NCBI GenBank assembly: GCA_964646345.1
Contig: CAZYDU010000003.1
Location: forward strand, 25,310-89,309
Length of the DNA: 64,000 nucleotides
Reading direction: 5' to 3'
Source of the DNA: an uncultured Lachnospiraceae bacterium
GTDB lineage: Bacteria > Bacillota > Clostridia > Christensenellales > UBA1242
This document shows, in pieces, positions 38,132-48,836 of this stretch. Both the position numbers and the translations under genes were made by a program. Numbering within the stretch: the stretch's first letter is position 1; the number at the start of each line of letters is the position of its first letter. The notes under the pieces were generated by a model, which was not told where the DNA came from, did not search any database, and saw only the letters and a list, made by a program, of their open reading frames with translations.

Positions 38132-40321
38132 ATGAACGAACAAGAAAATAAAAATAGAGAAAATAGAATAAAACAGCAAAGACAGTTATTTTGGAAACGC
38201 ACAATAATTTGTATAGCTTTGGTTCTAGTTATTACAGTTTTGTTCGTTGCTTTAAAAAGTAGGGCGACAGGAACAAAAATTAATGTAAATACCTTTGAGT
38301 CGGAGTTAAATGCTGGACACATAAAAGAAGTATACTTTGAAAACAATAAAATTCAAGTGTATTATGCAAATGGCGATGCTCATTGGCTATATTATGCAAG
38401 GGGTACTGTTGAACAAGATACAATAATTGAAATGATTAATAATTTAGGCGATAATAAACCAGCCTATAGTTATGGAACAACCACAACAATCTCAGTTTTA
38501 AATATTTTGTATCCTGTTTTAATGATTGGTATATCTATTGCATTCTTTGTATTCTTATTTAAAAGAGTAAAAGGCGAAAATAATAAAAGTTTTGAATTTG
38601 TTAAAAGTAGGGCAAGAGTTACATCTTCTAAAACAAAATTTTCAGATGTTGCAGGAGAAGATGAAGAAAAGGCTGAACTTGAAGATGTTGTAGATTTCTT
38701 AAAAAACCCACAAAAATATATAGATTTGGGTGCTAAAATTCCAAAAGGTGTATTACTTGTTGGCCCACCGGGAACTGGTAAAACCCTTTTGGCTAGAGCT
38801 GTTGCAGGCGAAGCAAATGTACCATTCTTTACAATAAGTGGTTCTGATTTTATGGAATTATTTGTTGGTGTTGGTGCATCGCGTGTTAGAGATTTATTTG
38901 AAAATGCTAAAAAAGCAAAACCAAGCATTATATTTATTGATGAAATTGATGCAGTGGGTCGTCAACGTGGAGCTGGACTTGGTGGTGGAAATGATGAAAG
39001 AGAGCAAACACTTAACCAATTACTAGTTCAAATGGACGGTTTTGAAGCAAATGAAGGCGTAATTGTTATGGCTGCAACAAACCGTGTAGATATTCTTGAC
39101 CCAGCATTACTTAGACCTGGAAGATTTGATAGAACTGTTCATATCAATATTCCAGATATTAAAGGTAGAGAAGAAATATTAAAAGTTCATGCTAGAAATA
39201 AACCGCTAGACAAGAATGTAGATTTAAAGAATATTGCAAGAATTACATCGGGTTTTACCGGTGCTGAAATTGAAAACCTTTTAAATGAATCAGCTATTTT
39301 AACAGCAAAAGAGAATAGAAAAGTTATTACTGAAGAAGATATACAAAAGTCTATGATGAAAGTTACTCTTGGTCCGCAAAAAAAGAGCAGAGTGATTTCA
39401 GATACAGAGAAATTTAACACTGCAGTTCATGAATCAGGTCATGCTATCATTCATAAGTTAGCAAAAGAACCAAGCCCTGTTCAAGAAGTTTCAATCATTC
39501 CACGTGGTGGTGCTGGTGGTTATACATTATCTGCAGATGACGATAAATTATATTATTATAAAGAAACTCTTTACAGTAAAATTCAAGCTTTACTTGGTGG
39601 AATTTGTGCTGAAAAACTTATTCTTGGAGATACTTCAACTGGTGCATCAAGTGATTTGAAACGAGCAACAAGCATTGCAAAACGTATGGTTACTGAATGG
39701 GGTATGAGTGATGAACTTGGATTTGTTTACTCAGGAAGTGATGGAGATATATTTGTTGGCAAAAGCTATCAAGAAAGAATGAGTTATAGTGAAAGCCAAG
39801 CAAGTAAAATTGATTTAGAAATAAAAAAGATAATTGATAATTGTGAAAAAGAAACTACAAAGTTATTAAATAATAACAAAACCAAATTAATTACTATGTC
39901 TGAAGTTTTGGTTGAAAAAGAAACGATTTACGCAGAAGAAATAGACCTTATTATGAATGGTAAAACAAAAGACGAAATCATTGAGTATATTAATAGCAAA
40001 GACAATAAATCTAGCGTTAGTGAAAATTCTGAAACCAACGATAAAAAGAATGAAGAAAATAGCGACAAGAAATTAGAAAAAGAAATTGAGACAAATGATT
40101 TTAAATCAGTAGATGATTTATTAAAAATTGCCGAAGAAAGAGAATCTAAAGCAGAAGAAAAAAAGAGAGAAACCTCAGAGAAAAACGCAAAAAATACACA
40201 AAAAATAGAGAAAAATAACACAAAAACTAAAGAAAATTCAGAAAAAATAGAAACAAAACCGGCAAAGACAAGAAAAACTGTTAAGAAAACTACAAAGAAA
40301 GAAGTGAAAGACGATGAGTAG
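38132..40321 (+). CDS. ftsH: ATP-dependent zinc metalloprotease FtsH with a K/E-rich C-terminal tail
   Basis: Walker [31 protein letters not shown], and zinc motif HESGHA. The ATG at 38132 is preceded by GGAGG; the ORF-track start at 38120 is a TTG that overlaps the RBS. Confidence 0.95.
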   Translation: MNEQENKNRENRIKQQRQLFWKRTIICIALVLVITVLFVALKSRATGTKINVNTFESELNAGHIKEVYFENNKIQVYYANGDAHWLYYARGTVEQDTIIEMINNLGDNKPAYSYGTTTTISVLNILYPVLMIGISIAFFVFLFKRVKGENNKSFEFVKSRARVTSSKTKFSDVAGEDEEKAELEDVVDFLKNPQKYIDLGAKIPKGVLLVGPPGTGKTLLARAVAGEANVPFFTISGSDFMELFVGVGASRVRDLFENAKKAKPSIIFIDEIDAVGRQRGAGLGGGNDEREQTLNQLLVQMDGFEANEGVIVMAATNRVDILDPALLRPGRFDRTVHINIPDIKGREEILKVHARNKPLDKNVDLKNIARITSGFTGAEIENLLNESAILTAKENRKVITEEDIQKSMMKVTLGPQKKSRVISDTEKFNTAVHESGHAIIHKLAKEPSPVQEVSIIPRGGAGGYTLSADDDKLYYYKETLYSKIQALLGGICAEKLILGDTSTGASSDLKRATSIAKRMVTEWGMSDELGFVYSGSDGDIFVGKSYQERMSYSESQASKIDLEIKKIIDNCEKETTKLLNNNKTKLITMSEVLVEKETIYAEEIDLIMNGKTKDEIIEYINSKDNKSSVSENSETNDKKNEENSDKKLEKEIETNDFKSVDDLLKIAEERESKAEEKKRETSEKNAKNTQKIEKNNTKTKENSEKIETKPAKTRKTVKKTTKKEVKDDE

Positions 40322-40904
40322 ATTAAAAAAAATATTTATTGCAATAGCTGGCGGACTTTCTCTTGTTATAGTTATCTTTTTGATAACTGTTTGCAATGTA
40401 AAATCTAATGTCAGCATAGCTTTTAATTCGCCATATAGTGTTGTAATTTTTAACAATTCGACAAAAGGCGAAGAATATAAAACTGAAGCAAACCTAGAAA
40501 TATTGCATGAAGAAATCAATAAGCTTACAAATTTAACGGTTTATAATAAGTTGGTTAATGGTTTTTCGTTAACTAAAAATATTGAGATGGATACATCGGG
40601 GAAATTCACAAAATATTCAACCGACCTGTTAAATAAAAACTTGGTAATAGAATTTATTTATACAACAGAACAAGATTTGGTTGTTTATGAAGATGGAAAT
40701 TCAAGAGTAATTTCATTTTATTGTTTGTCACTAGTTATTCCTAAAGTAGATGATTGTACAGAGATAGCGGTATATTACTCAAATACTTCTAATACTGAAA
40801 ATAACGAAAAAAATGATTCTTATGCAACAAACACACCATTGATTTTACATGGAAATGCTAAAGATTTTATTAATCAAATCAAAAATTTAAAAACTGAAGC
40901 ATAA
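40314..40904 (+). CDS. Hypothetical N-terminally anchored protein
   Basis: 196 aa with one N-terminal TM helix. It overlaps the ftsH stop by 8 nt. No recognised motifs. Confidence 0.6.
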   Translation: MSRLKKIFIAIAGGLSLVIVIFLITVCNVKSNVSIAFNSPYSVVIFNNSTKGEEYKTEANLEILHEEINKLTNLTVYNKLVNGFSLTKNIEMDTSGKFTKYSTDLLNKNLVIEFIYTTEQDLVVYEDGNSRVISFYCLSLVIPKVDDCTEIAVYYSNTSNTENNEKNDSYATNTPLILHGNAKDFINQIKNLKTEA

Positions 40905-40906
40905 TA

Positions 40907-40958
40907 AAAACCTTATCATAAGTGAGAATAATAACTCATAGATGATAAGGTTTTTTAT
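40907..40958. terminator. Bidirectional intrinsic terminator
   Basis: aaaaccttatcat ... atgataaggtttt long stem (with inner tgag/ctca pairing), flanked by A- and T-runs between convergent genes. Confidence 0.75.
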
Positions 40959-40979
40959 TATTTATTTTTAATTTTTGTT

Positions 40980-41912
40980 TTATTTTTTTTCTGATTTTTT
41001 AGTTTGTTGTTTTTGTTTAGTTGGTGTTTCTTTAACTGTTTCCTTAGGCGGTTCTGCTTTTTCAGTTTCAGTTAAGTTCTTAATATTTTCATCAACTTTA
41101 GAATCGTTAAATAATTCATCGGGGTTGTTTGATATGAAGTTATCAATAATTATTGCGTCTTGGGCAGGGGGTATTGTTTCAAGTTGTTCTTGTTGAGTAG
41201 AAGTGTTCGAAATTGTTTTTTGTTCAGTTTTTTTCTTTTTCTTTATGATAGATAAATCTTCAACTTTGATTTTATTTTTGCAAACTGCGATAACGCAAAT
41301 AATACAAACAATTCCAGCACCTATTGAATCGAGAATTAAGTCTTTCATTGTGTCGGCAAGTGCAGCTTGTCCAAGTAGTGGTTCGCCACGGCCGTTCATT
41401 GTTGATACATAAGCTCTTTGCATATTTGAACCAGAAATTGAATCGTTTGCAAATTCAAAGATTTCCCACATAACACCTATTGTTAATGTTAATGAAAAAG
41501 CAAATAGTGCCATAAAACCAATGCTTAGTTTAAAATCTTTAGAATTCTTATTTAAAAGATTTATTAATGAGAAACTTAGTAATGCCATCATCATTCCTGA
41601 GAATGTGTGTAAGAATGAATCCCACCACCAAATTTTTACATAAAAGCCTAGGATTTCTCCGCAGAAATAATGTGCTAAGCAGAAGAAGATAAATATAATG
41701 TAAATATAGTCGGGAATATCAAGTTCTAATTTTTTCAAAAATGTTGGAACGAACGATATGATTAAAAAATAAGCACTTTGTGTGCAAATGAATAAATATT
41801 CGGACTTTGCCGACTGGTCTTTGTTAAACAGCACTCCAAGTGCACCTGTAATAAAGACAACAGTCATCAAAATTCGTTGCCAAAGAAACGTTATTTTTGC
41901 TGGTTTTTTCAT
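40980..41912 (-). CDS. Multi-pass membrane protein with a low-complexity K/Q/E-rich C-terminal tail (family not recognised)
   Basis: 310 aa with about 6 TM segments and the motifs WWWDSFLHTFSG and WEIFEF. Confidence 0.65.
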   Translation of the reverse strand: MKKPAKITFLWQRILMTVVFITGALGVLFNKDQSAKSEYLFICTQSAYFLIISFVPTFLKKLELDIPDYIYIIFIFFCLAHYFCGEILGFYVKIWWWDSFLHTFSGMMMALLSFSLINLLNKNSKDFKLSIGFMALFAFSLTLTIGVMWEIFEFANDSISGSNMQRAYVSTMNGRGEPLLGQAALADTMKDLILDSIGAGIVCIICVIAVCKNKIKVEDLSIIKKKKKTEQKTISNTSTQQEQLETIPPAQDAIIIDNFISNNPDELFNDSKVDENIKNLTETEKAEPPKETVKETPTKQKQQTKKSEKK

Positions 41913-42091
41913 ATTTTTACCCCTAAAAATCTAATATATAAATAATGCAAAATTTATCGGAAAATGTCAAGAGTAAATAAAAATTAAATGTTTAAATTAT
42001 GTAAAAATATTGTTATTGTTACGAAATTTTATATTTGTTATTGGATTTATATTTGATTTATACTATTCAAAATACTCATTATAGTTTCATT

Positions 42092-42123
42092 AAAAAAGCA
42101 AGTTGAAAGATTGCAACCTGCTT
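42092..42123 (-). terminator. Intrinsic terminator of ychF
   Basis: gcaggttg / caacttgc stem (one G-U pair) plus a U-run on the minus strand. Confidence 0.6.
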
Positions 42124-42181
42124 AAAGCGTATAAATAATCCTTAAAATCTAAAAAATTTACATTTTAAAAATAGCAAATAG

Positions 42182-43279
42182 TTAGACGTTGAATTTAAAT
42201 AGTATAACATCGCCATCTTGAACGACATAATCTTTTCCTTCACTGCGAACCTTTCCGGCTTCTTTTGCCTGGTTGTAACCACCAAAAGAAACTAAGTTTT
42301 CATAAGAAACCACATCGGCTCTTATAAACCCTTTTTCAAAATCACTATGTATTTTGCCGGCAGCACCTGGAGCTTTTGTGCCTTTGATGATTGTCCAGGC
42401 ACGAACTTCCTTTTCTCCAGCTGTTAGATAAGATATTTGACCAAGTGTTTCATAACCAAGTTTGATTATCTTTTCAAGACCACTGGAGCTTAAGCCTAGG
42501 TCTTCTAAAAACATTTGTTTTTCATCGTCTGAAAGCTCTGATAACTCTTGTTCAATTTTTGCACAAACAACCAAAACTTTTGAGTTTTCTTTACCAGCAT
42601 ATTCTTTAACTTGATTTACAAATTTAAGGTCGTCTTCTTTTGTTTGCAAATCTTTTTCAGAAATATTGCAAGCATAAATAACTGGTTTTGTTGTTAATAA
42701 GAAGTAAGATGAAGCTAATTTTTTCTCGTCATCATTTTCAATAACGGACCTTGCAGGCTTTCCTTCATTTAGTGCTTCATTGATTTTCTTTAATAATGCA
42801 ACTTCTTCTCCATACTCTTTGTTGCCTTGTTTATACATTTTTTCAGCCTTTTCAAGTTTGGTTTTTACTGAATCAAGGTCAGCAAGGGCGAGTTCTGTAT
42901 TAATTGTTTCAATATCACGGATTGGGTCAATAGAACCGTCTACGTGAGTGATATTAGTGTCTTCAAAACAACGCACAACGTGAACAATAGCATCGCATTC
43001 ACGGATTGCTCCTAAAAATTTATTGCCCAAACCTTCGCCACGAGAAGCTCCTTTAACAAGTCCAGCAATATCTACAAATTTTAAAATTGCGGGTGTGATT
43101 TTTTTTGTGTTATACATTTTACCTAAAACTTCCAATCTTTCATCAGGCACGGCAACTACACCAACGTTTGGTTCAATAGTACAGAAAGGGTAGTTTGCTA
43201 CTTCTGCTCCAACTTTTGTGATTGCGTTAAATAGTGTGCTTTTTCCAACATTAGGAAGTCCAACAACTCCAAGTTCCAT
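42182..43279 (-). CDS. ychF: Ribosome-binding ATPase YchF
   Basis: 365 aa with [13 protein letters not shown] and a C-terminal TGS-like domain ending [11 protein letters not shown]. Confidence 0.95.
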   Translation of the reverse strand: MELGVVGLPNVGKSTLFNAITKVGAEVANYPFCTIEPNVGVVAVPDERLEVLGKMYNTKKITPAILKFVDIAGLVKGASRGEGLGNKFLGAIRECDAIVHVVRCFEDTNITHVDGSIDPIRDIETINTELALADLDSVKTKLEKAEKMYKQGNKEYGEEVALLKKINEALNEGKPARSVIENDDEKKLASSYFLLTTKPVIYACNISEKDLQTKEDDLKFVNQVKEYAGKENSKVLVVCAKIEQELSELSDDEKQMFLEDLGLSSSGLEKIIKLGYETLGQISYLTAGEKEVRAWTIIKGTKAPGAAGKIHSDFEKGFIRADVVSYENLVSFGGYNQAKEAGKVRSEGKDYVVQDGDVILFKFNV

Positions 43280-43380
43280 AAATTTCTCCTAAAATTTTAT
43301 TATGTAGATATTATACAATATATTTTTCTAAAAATAAAGCACAAAAGCATAAATAAATAAAATCAAAACTATAATTAAGT

Positions 43381-44163
43381 ATGAGTGTTTATGTTTTGTT
43401 GATTCTTTGTGTGGTTCAAGGGTTGACCGAATTTTTACCGGTTTCAAGCAGTGGTCATTTGTTGTTATTTGAGCAATTATTTAATGTTTCGGGTGACTTG
43501 ATGTTTTTGAATTTGTTTTTGCATGTTGCAACACTTTTAGCTGTTATTATTGTCTATAGAAAAACTTTATGGAATTTGATAAAAAAACCATTTCAACCTT
43601 ACACATTAAAACTCTTTATTGCTACTATCTTCACAGTTATTTTGGCTTTTACTTATGAGTTTAGTGGCATAGAGAAAATTGTTACTAAAATTTATCCGTT
43701 TGGATTTTTATTAACATCAATTTTATTGTTTTGTTGTCATCAGTTTCAAAAAAAATGTAGTGTGATTAGAAGTGGCGAAATTTCAATGAAAAACTCATGC
43801 TTAGTTGGAATTGTTCAAGGGTTTGCGGTTGTTCCTGGGTTATCAAGGTCAGGGAGTACAATTTCAAGCATGCTTTTAAGCGGTTGTGATGAAAAACAAT
43901 CTACCGAGTTTAGCTTTTTGCTAAGTTTGCCGATAATAATTGGTGGATTTATTTTGGAACTATTTAAAATTAATAAAGGCTCAAATATCTTAGCGGTAGG
44001 CGATTTTAAAATATATGTTTTTGCATTTATAATAACATTTCTTGTGTCTTTAATTGCTTTAAAACTTACAATAAAACTTGTAAAAAAACACAAGTTTATT
44101 ATTTTTTCAATTTATACTTTTGTTTTATTTGTTGTGACATTTATATTAAATTATCTAATATAA
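43381..44163 (+). CDS. uppP: Undecaprenyl-diphosphate phosphatase
   Basis: GLTEFLPVSSSGHL and PGLSRSGSTIS motifs. Confidence 0.92.
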   Translation: MSVYVLLILCVVQGLTEFLPVSSSGHLLLFEQLFNVSGDLMFLNLFLHVATLLAVIIVYRKTLWNLIKKPFQPYTLKLFIATIFTVILAFTYEFSGIEKIVTKIYPFGFLLTSILLFCCHQFQKKCSVIRSGEISMKNSCLVGIVQGFAVVPGLSRSGSTISSMLLSGCDEKQSTEFSFLLSLPIIIGGFILELFKINKGSNILAVGDFKIYVFAFIITFLVSLIALKLTIKLVKKHKFIIFSIYTFVLFVVTFILNYLI

Positions 44164-44192
44164 AAAGAGTCTTCATTTAGAAGACTCTTTTA
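44163..44192. terminator. Bidirectional intrinsic terminator
   Basis: aagagtcttc / gaagactctt 10-bp stem. The U-run is good on the minus strand and shorter on the plus strand. Confidence 0.7.
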
Positions 44193-44207
44193 GGTGGAAA
44201 AGAAAAA

Positions 44208-44303
44208 TTAGTTGCAGTCTTTTGTTTTTGTAGACTTACAATCGCATTTTGATTTAGCACTGCAATCTCTGATTTTTCTATCTTGTTTTTTGTTTTTTCT
44301 CAT
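44208..44303 (-). CDS. Small basic Cys-rich ORF (31 aa), candidate micropeptide
   Basis: Below the ORF-track cutoff; hand translation gives MRKNKKQDRKIRDCSAKSKCDCKSTKTKDCN. GGAG lies 7 nt upstream of the ATG. The ORF starts 14 nt after the stop of the upstream gene, and a terminator follows it. Confidence 0.4.
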   Translation of the reverse strand: MRKNKKQDRKIRDCSAKSKCDCKSTKTKDCN

Positions 44304-44317
44304 AAAACATCTCCTTT

Positions 44318-46024
44318 TTAGTTTCTAATATTATTGTTTGCATTTTTCGACAAAATATTCGCATATTTTCGATTAATTTCTATAAAAAATATTTCGTCAA
44401 AAATATCTTCAAATTGTGAGCTATTGAAATAACAAATAACCGTGCAATGTTTTTTGAGATTTAGAAAAACTTGTTTTATCAAGTCTTTATCTGAACGTGA
44501 TAAGTTTTCAGGCAACTTATAGATATTAATTATTTTCGAGCCGGAAAGATAAGCTCTAATAATTCCTAAAAGAAATCTTTGTTTAGTTGATATATCATTG
44601 TTAGCTAAGGTATTATATTTATCTTCAAAAGAACAGATAAATTCGCTTAGCCCGAGATTTTTTATTTCTTTAAATATCTTATTTCGTGACGGGCAAACCA
44701 AGTATAAATTTTCATAAATTGAGATATTGAAAAACTGTTCATTTGGAGTAACTGAAGAAATATATTTATTAATGTTGGGTTTATCGAGATTAGATATATT
44801 TTTATCTCCCAAAAAAATGCAACCGCCATCGGGTAAGGTTTGTTTAGTTGAAAGATTAAATAGCTCCAAAATTTTATAATCTTCGTCACCAACAAAACAA
44901 ACTAATGATTTGTAAGGAATTTTTAATTGCAAATCCTTTAGTTTTAATTTGGAGTTTGTTGAAACATTGTAGTAATACAAGTTAAACGACTCAAGCTCAA
45001 TGGGCTTTTCTTGTTGTGTGGCCTGAATGTATTTTAATGATTCAAAATGTTTTAGAGTATTATCCATCAGAGCTATTTCAGAGAAAATATCAAAAAATGA
45101 AATCAGGTTTTCAGCAGAACTTGTTAAGTATGGGGTTAATATTAAATAAACCGAAAGAGTGATTTCGGTTGATTTTACTTGACCAATTAAAAATAAAGTT
45201 GAAGCAAATACAGCTGTTTTTAAAATTAAAGATATAAAATTGTTATTGATATTATAAAGCATTGAAATTGAGTTGCTGGTTTTAATGTTTTCTTCAACAT
45301 ATTGAAAATACTTTTCTTTTAATGCATATTCAAGATTATAGTTTTTCTCAGCACTATCTCCACCGCAAATACTGTTAAATAGTCCAATAGAAACATTTTC
45401 ATATTTAGAAAGTTCCTTTGTTTTCGTTTGAATTTTGTTGTCCGTTAACTTTAATAAAAAATAAGAAATAATACTAACAATGATAATGCCGATTGCAAGA
45501 ATATAACTATAAAATAATATGATTCCGAGAATGATTAAAGCTTTTATAAAAAAACAAAATTTATATATTAAGTTTTTGTTAAAATTTACACAGGCTGAAA
45601 CATCTTTTAGAATTGTTACGTCAACATTTTTAACATTTTTATTGTTTTTAACATTATGATAAATATAGTTCTGATAATTAGTTATGATAATGCGGTTCAC
45701 TTTAATGCTGATTTTGTGGTAGCAAAAATATAAAAATGCAGAAACTAGTATCACAAGAAATTCTATAATGGTTTGTTTGATTGCTTTGTTAAAATCATAA
45801 ACTGTGATTGCTGTGATTGCATTAGAAACCAAAATAGGAGTCCATACTGAAAGAATTGCAGGAATTAGCAAGGTTAGAAACATTAAAAATATCAAAATGG
45901 GTTTTATTTTTGATAATTTATAAAATGACTTGATTGTCTTGAAATTTTTGAACAAAGATACTCCTAATTTGCTGTTTTTTATTGTAAAAACGAGCCTAAT
46001 GTTATATAATTTAATTATTAACAA
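44318..46024 (-). CDS. ABC-exporter-like TMD-NBD protein with all ATPase motifs degenerate
   Basis: N-terminal 6-TM ABC_membrane-like region. In the C-terminal NBD-like fold: Walker A is GDEDYKIL, the signature is ISTKQRF, Walker B is IINIYKLPEN, and the H-loop is VICYFN. An alternative TTG start at 45955 has AGGAG 5 nt upstream. Confidence 0.65.
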   Translation of the reverse strand: MLIIKLYNIRLVFTIKNSKLGVSLFKNFKTIKSFYKLSKIKPILIFLMFLTLLIPAILSVWTPILVSNAITAITVYDFNKAIKQTIIEFLVILVSAFLYFCYHKISIKVNRIIITNYQNYIYHNVKNNKNVKNVDVTILKDVSACVNFNKNLIYKFCFFIKALIILGIILFYSYILAIGIIIVSIISYFLLKLTDNKIQTKTKELSKYENVSIGLFNSICGGDSAEKNYNLEYALKEKYFQYVEENIKTSNSISMLYNINNNFISLILKTAVFASTLFLIGQVKSTEITLSVYLILTPYLTSSAENLISFFDIFSEIALMDNTLKHFESLKYIQATQQEKPIELESFNLYYYNVSTNSKLKLKDLQLKIPYKSLVCFVGDEDYKILELFNLSTKQTLPDGGCIFLGDKNISNLDKPNINKYISSVTPNEQFFNISIYENLYLVCPSRNKIFKEIKNLGLSEFICSFEDKYNTLANNDISTKQRFLLGIIRAYLSGSKIINIYKLPENLSRSDKDLIKQVFLNLKKHCTVICYFNSSQFEDIFDEIFFIEINRKYANILSKNANNNIRN

Positions 46025-46051
46025 AATCTAAATTTTTATAAGGAAAATATT

Positions 46052-46531
46052 ATGGAAGAAAACAACACTCAAAAACGTGACAAATGGGATAAACGTTTCA
46101 TGGAAATGGCAAAACTTGTTGGAACTTGGTGCACTTGCCATAGACGTCAAGTTGGGGCAATTATTGTTAAGGATAAACGCATTATCGCAACAGGTTACAA
46201 CGGAGCTCCTTCAGGAATTGAAAATTGTTTGGAAAAAGGTTATTGCATAAGAAACAAACTCAATATTCCAAGTGGAACGAAAGCTGAAACTTGTTATTCA
46301 GTTCATGCTGAACAAAATGCTATTATTCAAGCATCAAAACTTGGTATTGCCGTTGATGGAGCAACAATTTATGTTACACATCAACCTTGCACAATCTGCA
46401 CAAGGCTTATTATTAATGCTGGAATTAAAAGAATTGTTTATGGTATTGAATATCCTGATGAATTTTCTTTGCAATTATTAAATGAAGCGGGCATCGAACT
46501 TAAATTTTTACCTTATGGGGACGGTGAATAA
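46052..46531 (+). CDS. comEB: dCMP deaminase (ComEB-type)
   Basis: HAEQNAI and PCTICTR zinc motifs; 159 aa. Confidence 0.9.
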   Translation: MEENNTQKRDKWDKRFMEMAKLVGTWCTCHRRQVGAIIVKDKRIIATGYNGAPSGIENCLEKGYCIRNKLNIPSGTKAETCYSVHAEQNAIIQASKLGIAVDGATIYVTHQPCTICTRLIINAGIKRIVYGIEYPDEFSLQLLNEAGIELKFLPYGDGE

Positions 46532-46532
46532 A

Positions 46533-48731
46533 ATGGATATCATGATAATAATTTCTATTGCTCTTGGATTGCTTTTAATTATTGGTTTTTTGCTGGGATT
46601 TTTGCGAAGCTGGAAAAAATCAACAATAAGATTTGGATTAATCGTTGTTTGTTTTTTTGTTGCTTTGCTGTCATCTTCAAAAATTTCAGAAAGCCTTATG
46701 TCGAAATATGTTAGTGGTTTGGTTATTTCTATTTTTGGTCAAACCATAGATTTTGAGTCATTGGTTGGTGAAGTTGCAGGCGATTTGATTAGCGAAGGTT
46801 CTGCTCTAACAAATTTTGCAACTGCACTATTAAATATTTTTGTAAAATTAATTGCGTTTCTAATAGTATTCATTTCATTAATGGTTGTTACGTTATTGAT
46901 TTATTATATTATCGTTGCGATAATGTCTAGCAAACAAAAGAAAAAATCTGTAGGAAATATTACACCTAAATGGTGGGAAAGACTTATTGGTGGCGGTGTT
47001 GGAATTATAGGTTCACTATTAATTTGCATTGCACTATTTACCCCAGTGTTTGGTGTAATGAATGTTTGTGATAGATTTTTTGAAGAAGAATCTAAAAACG
47101 CAACAGCTTCAGCTTATGCTTATGAAAATAGTTTGATTTGTGGAAAGTTTTACACCGAAGATAAAAATATCGGAAAAGTTGAAACATACCTTGAAAAATA
47201 TGACAAGTTGAGAACAGAATATAAAAAATCTTTTGCGGGTTTTGTGTTCACTTATACTGGTGTTGATGCTATTGGAAAATCAACTTTTAACAAACTTTCA
47301 ACGGTAACTCAAAACGGAATGAATGTTAATTTCACGACAGAGTGTGTTAATATTATTAATGCCTATAATTTATACAAAACCAATTTTGTTGAAAACAAGT
47401 TTGATTTAGCAACCGAACAAAGTGTTGAAGCTGTGCAAAGTATTTATGATATTGCTAAAAATTCAGAAGTAATGCGAGAAGTTGTTTTGGATATTGTTCC
47501 ACGCATGGCTAGCAAATGGACAAATGATGAAACATTCCTTGGAATGGAATTGCCAGTTTCGGGCGATATGAAAGACATTGCAGTTGAACTTTTGGAAGTG
47601 TTTAACTCATCAGAGTTTGACGTTATTGATAGAAATATTAATGTTTTGCTCAATGCTATAAGGGTTGCAAACAAACATGATATTATTGTCGATGTTAATG
47701 CGGGTTCAGAATTAATGGACGTTATTGATAGAGATGATTTTGTTAAAGACGAACTCAATACTTTAGCAACTACTCCAGAAATGAAAAGAGCTTTGCCAAA
47801 CATAATGGTAACTACTGTTAAACTTGCTTACAAGTCGGTTATTGATACAGAACCTAGTGAGCCACTCGAACAAGAATTTACACAAGATGACATTGCAAAA
47901 ATCACTTGGAATAATGAATCAACAAGAATGCAAACTATTGTTACAAAAATGTTTGAGTTTTTTGATACACAAGATGTTATAAACAACTTAACAAATTTTG
48001 GTATTGTTATTGACAATGCAAGAAAGTCGGACGTTATTTCAAAACCTGTTCAAATTTTGATGTATGATTATATCAATTTAAAAGTTCAAGGTGTTGATAG
48101 TGCAAAATCTGTATTGCTAAGTGCGATAAAAAACAACTGGACATCGGAAGATTATAGTTACACAAGTTTGTTTGCAACGGTAGAAACAACCGCGAAAGTT
48201 GCTCAAAGTCTAGAAAATAAAACACTTGAAGACATGACTGGTTCGCTTGAAAATATCAAAAATAATGAAGAATTAAAACAAACTGTTCAAAATGCTGTTA
48301 ATAGTGGAATTATTAATGATTTGATTAGCGATGAAAAGAAAGCAAATATATATAAAGACATGATTAATAGTGTTTTGGATTCAGAAGAAGAATTGAATAT
48401 CGGAAACGAAATGAAGGCTGGACAAGTTGTATCAAACATTGTTAATAAGTCTTCAAACAAAGAAGGCAGTGAATCTTCAATGTTTGCGGGAGAAACGCAA
48501 GAAGAAAAAACACAAGAAGCAAAAGACTCAATCACTACACTCACTCAGTCAAATGCGGTTATGGATTTGCTTGGGATAGAATCAAACAAAAATGACTCTG
48601 CAGTGAAGTCTTATATTAATGGAATGAATAATGAAGACAAGATAGCTTTTGAAAATGCTATTAGAGACATGTCTGTAGGAGAAGACCAAAATACACTTGC
48701 AAAATTGTTTGGTGTAGACTTAAATTCGTAA
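46533..48731 (+). CDS. Large membrane protein: CvpA-like N-terminal 4-5 TM module plus a ~550-aa helical domain of unknown function
   Basis: I prefer the start at MDIMIIISIALGLLLIIGFLLGFLRSWKK (ATG 46533, 2 nt after the comEB stop). The ORF-track start at 46482 overlaps comEB. Confidence 0.7.
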   Translation: MDIMIIISIALGLLLIIGFLLGFLRSWKKSTIRFGLIVVCFFVALLSSSKISESLMSKYVSGLVISIFGQTIDFESLVGEVAGDLISEGSALTNFATALLNIFVKLIAFLIVFISLMVVTLLIYYIIVAIMSSKQKKKSVGNITPKWWERLIGGGVGIIGSLLICIALFTPVFGVMNVCDRFFEEESKNATASAYAYENSLICGKFYTEDKNIGKVETYLEKYDKLRTEYKKSFAGFVFTYTGVDAIGKSTFNKLSTVTQNGMNVNFTTECVNIINAYNLYKTNFVENKFDLATEQSVEAVQSIYDIAKNSEVMREVVLDIVPRMASKWTNDETFLGMELPVSGDMKDIAVELLEVFNSSEFDVIDRNINVLLNAIRVANKHDIIVDVNAGSELMDVIDRDDFVKDELNTLATTPEMKRALPNIMVTTVKLAYKSVIDTEPSEPLEQEFTQDDIAKITWNNESTRMQTIVTKMFEFFDTQDVINNLTNFGIVIDNARKSDVISKPVQILMYDYINLKVQGVDSAKSVLLSAIKNNWTSEDYSYTSLFATVETTAKVAQSLENKTLEDMTGSLENIKNNEELKQTVQNAVNSGIINDLISDEKKANIYKDMINSVLDSEEELNIGNEMKAGQVVSNIVNKSSNKEGSESSMFAGETQEEKTQEAKDSITTLTQSNAVMDLLGIESNKNDSAVKSYINGMNNEDKIAFENAIRDMSVGEDQNTLAKLFGVDLNS

Positions 48732-48738
48732 AATGTAT

Positions 48739-48777
48739 AAAAGTATGAAAAATTAACAATTTTCATACTTTTTTTTG
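48739..48777 (+). terminator. Intrinsic terminator
   Basis: aaagtatgaaaa / ttttcatacttt stem followed by TTTTTT. Confidence 0.75.
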
Positions 48778-48836
48778 TTAAAAAAGTGTACAAATTTTAT
48801 TGATTTATGCTATATTATTTTATGTAAGGAGATATT

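Noticed and set aside
39990-40321. K/E/N-rich ~110-aa C-terminal tail of FtsH
   Set aside because: Low-complexity charged tails on FtsH are common in low-GC bacteria. There is no repeat structure at the DNA level, so it is not treated as a separate feature.
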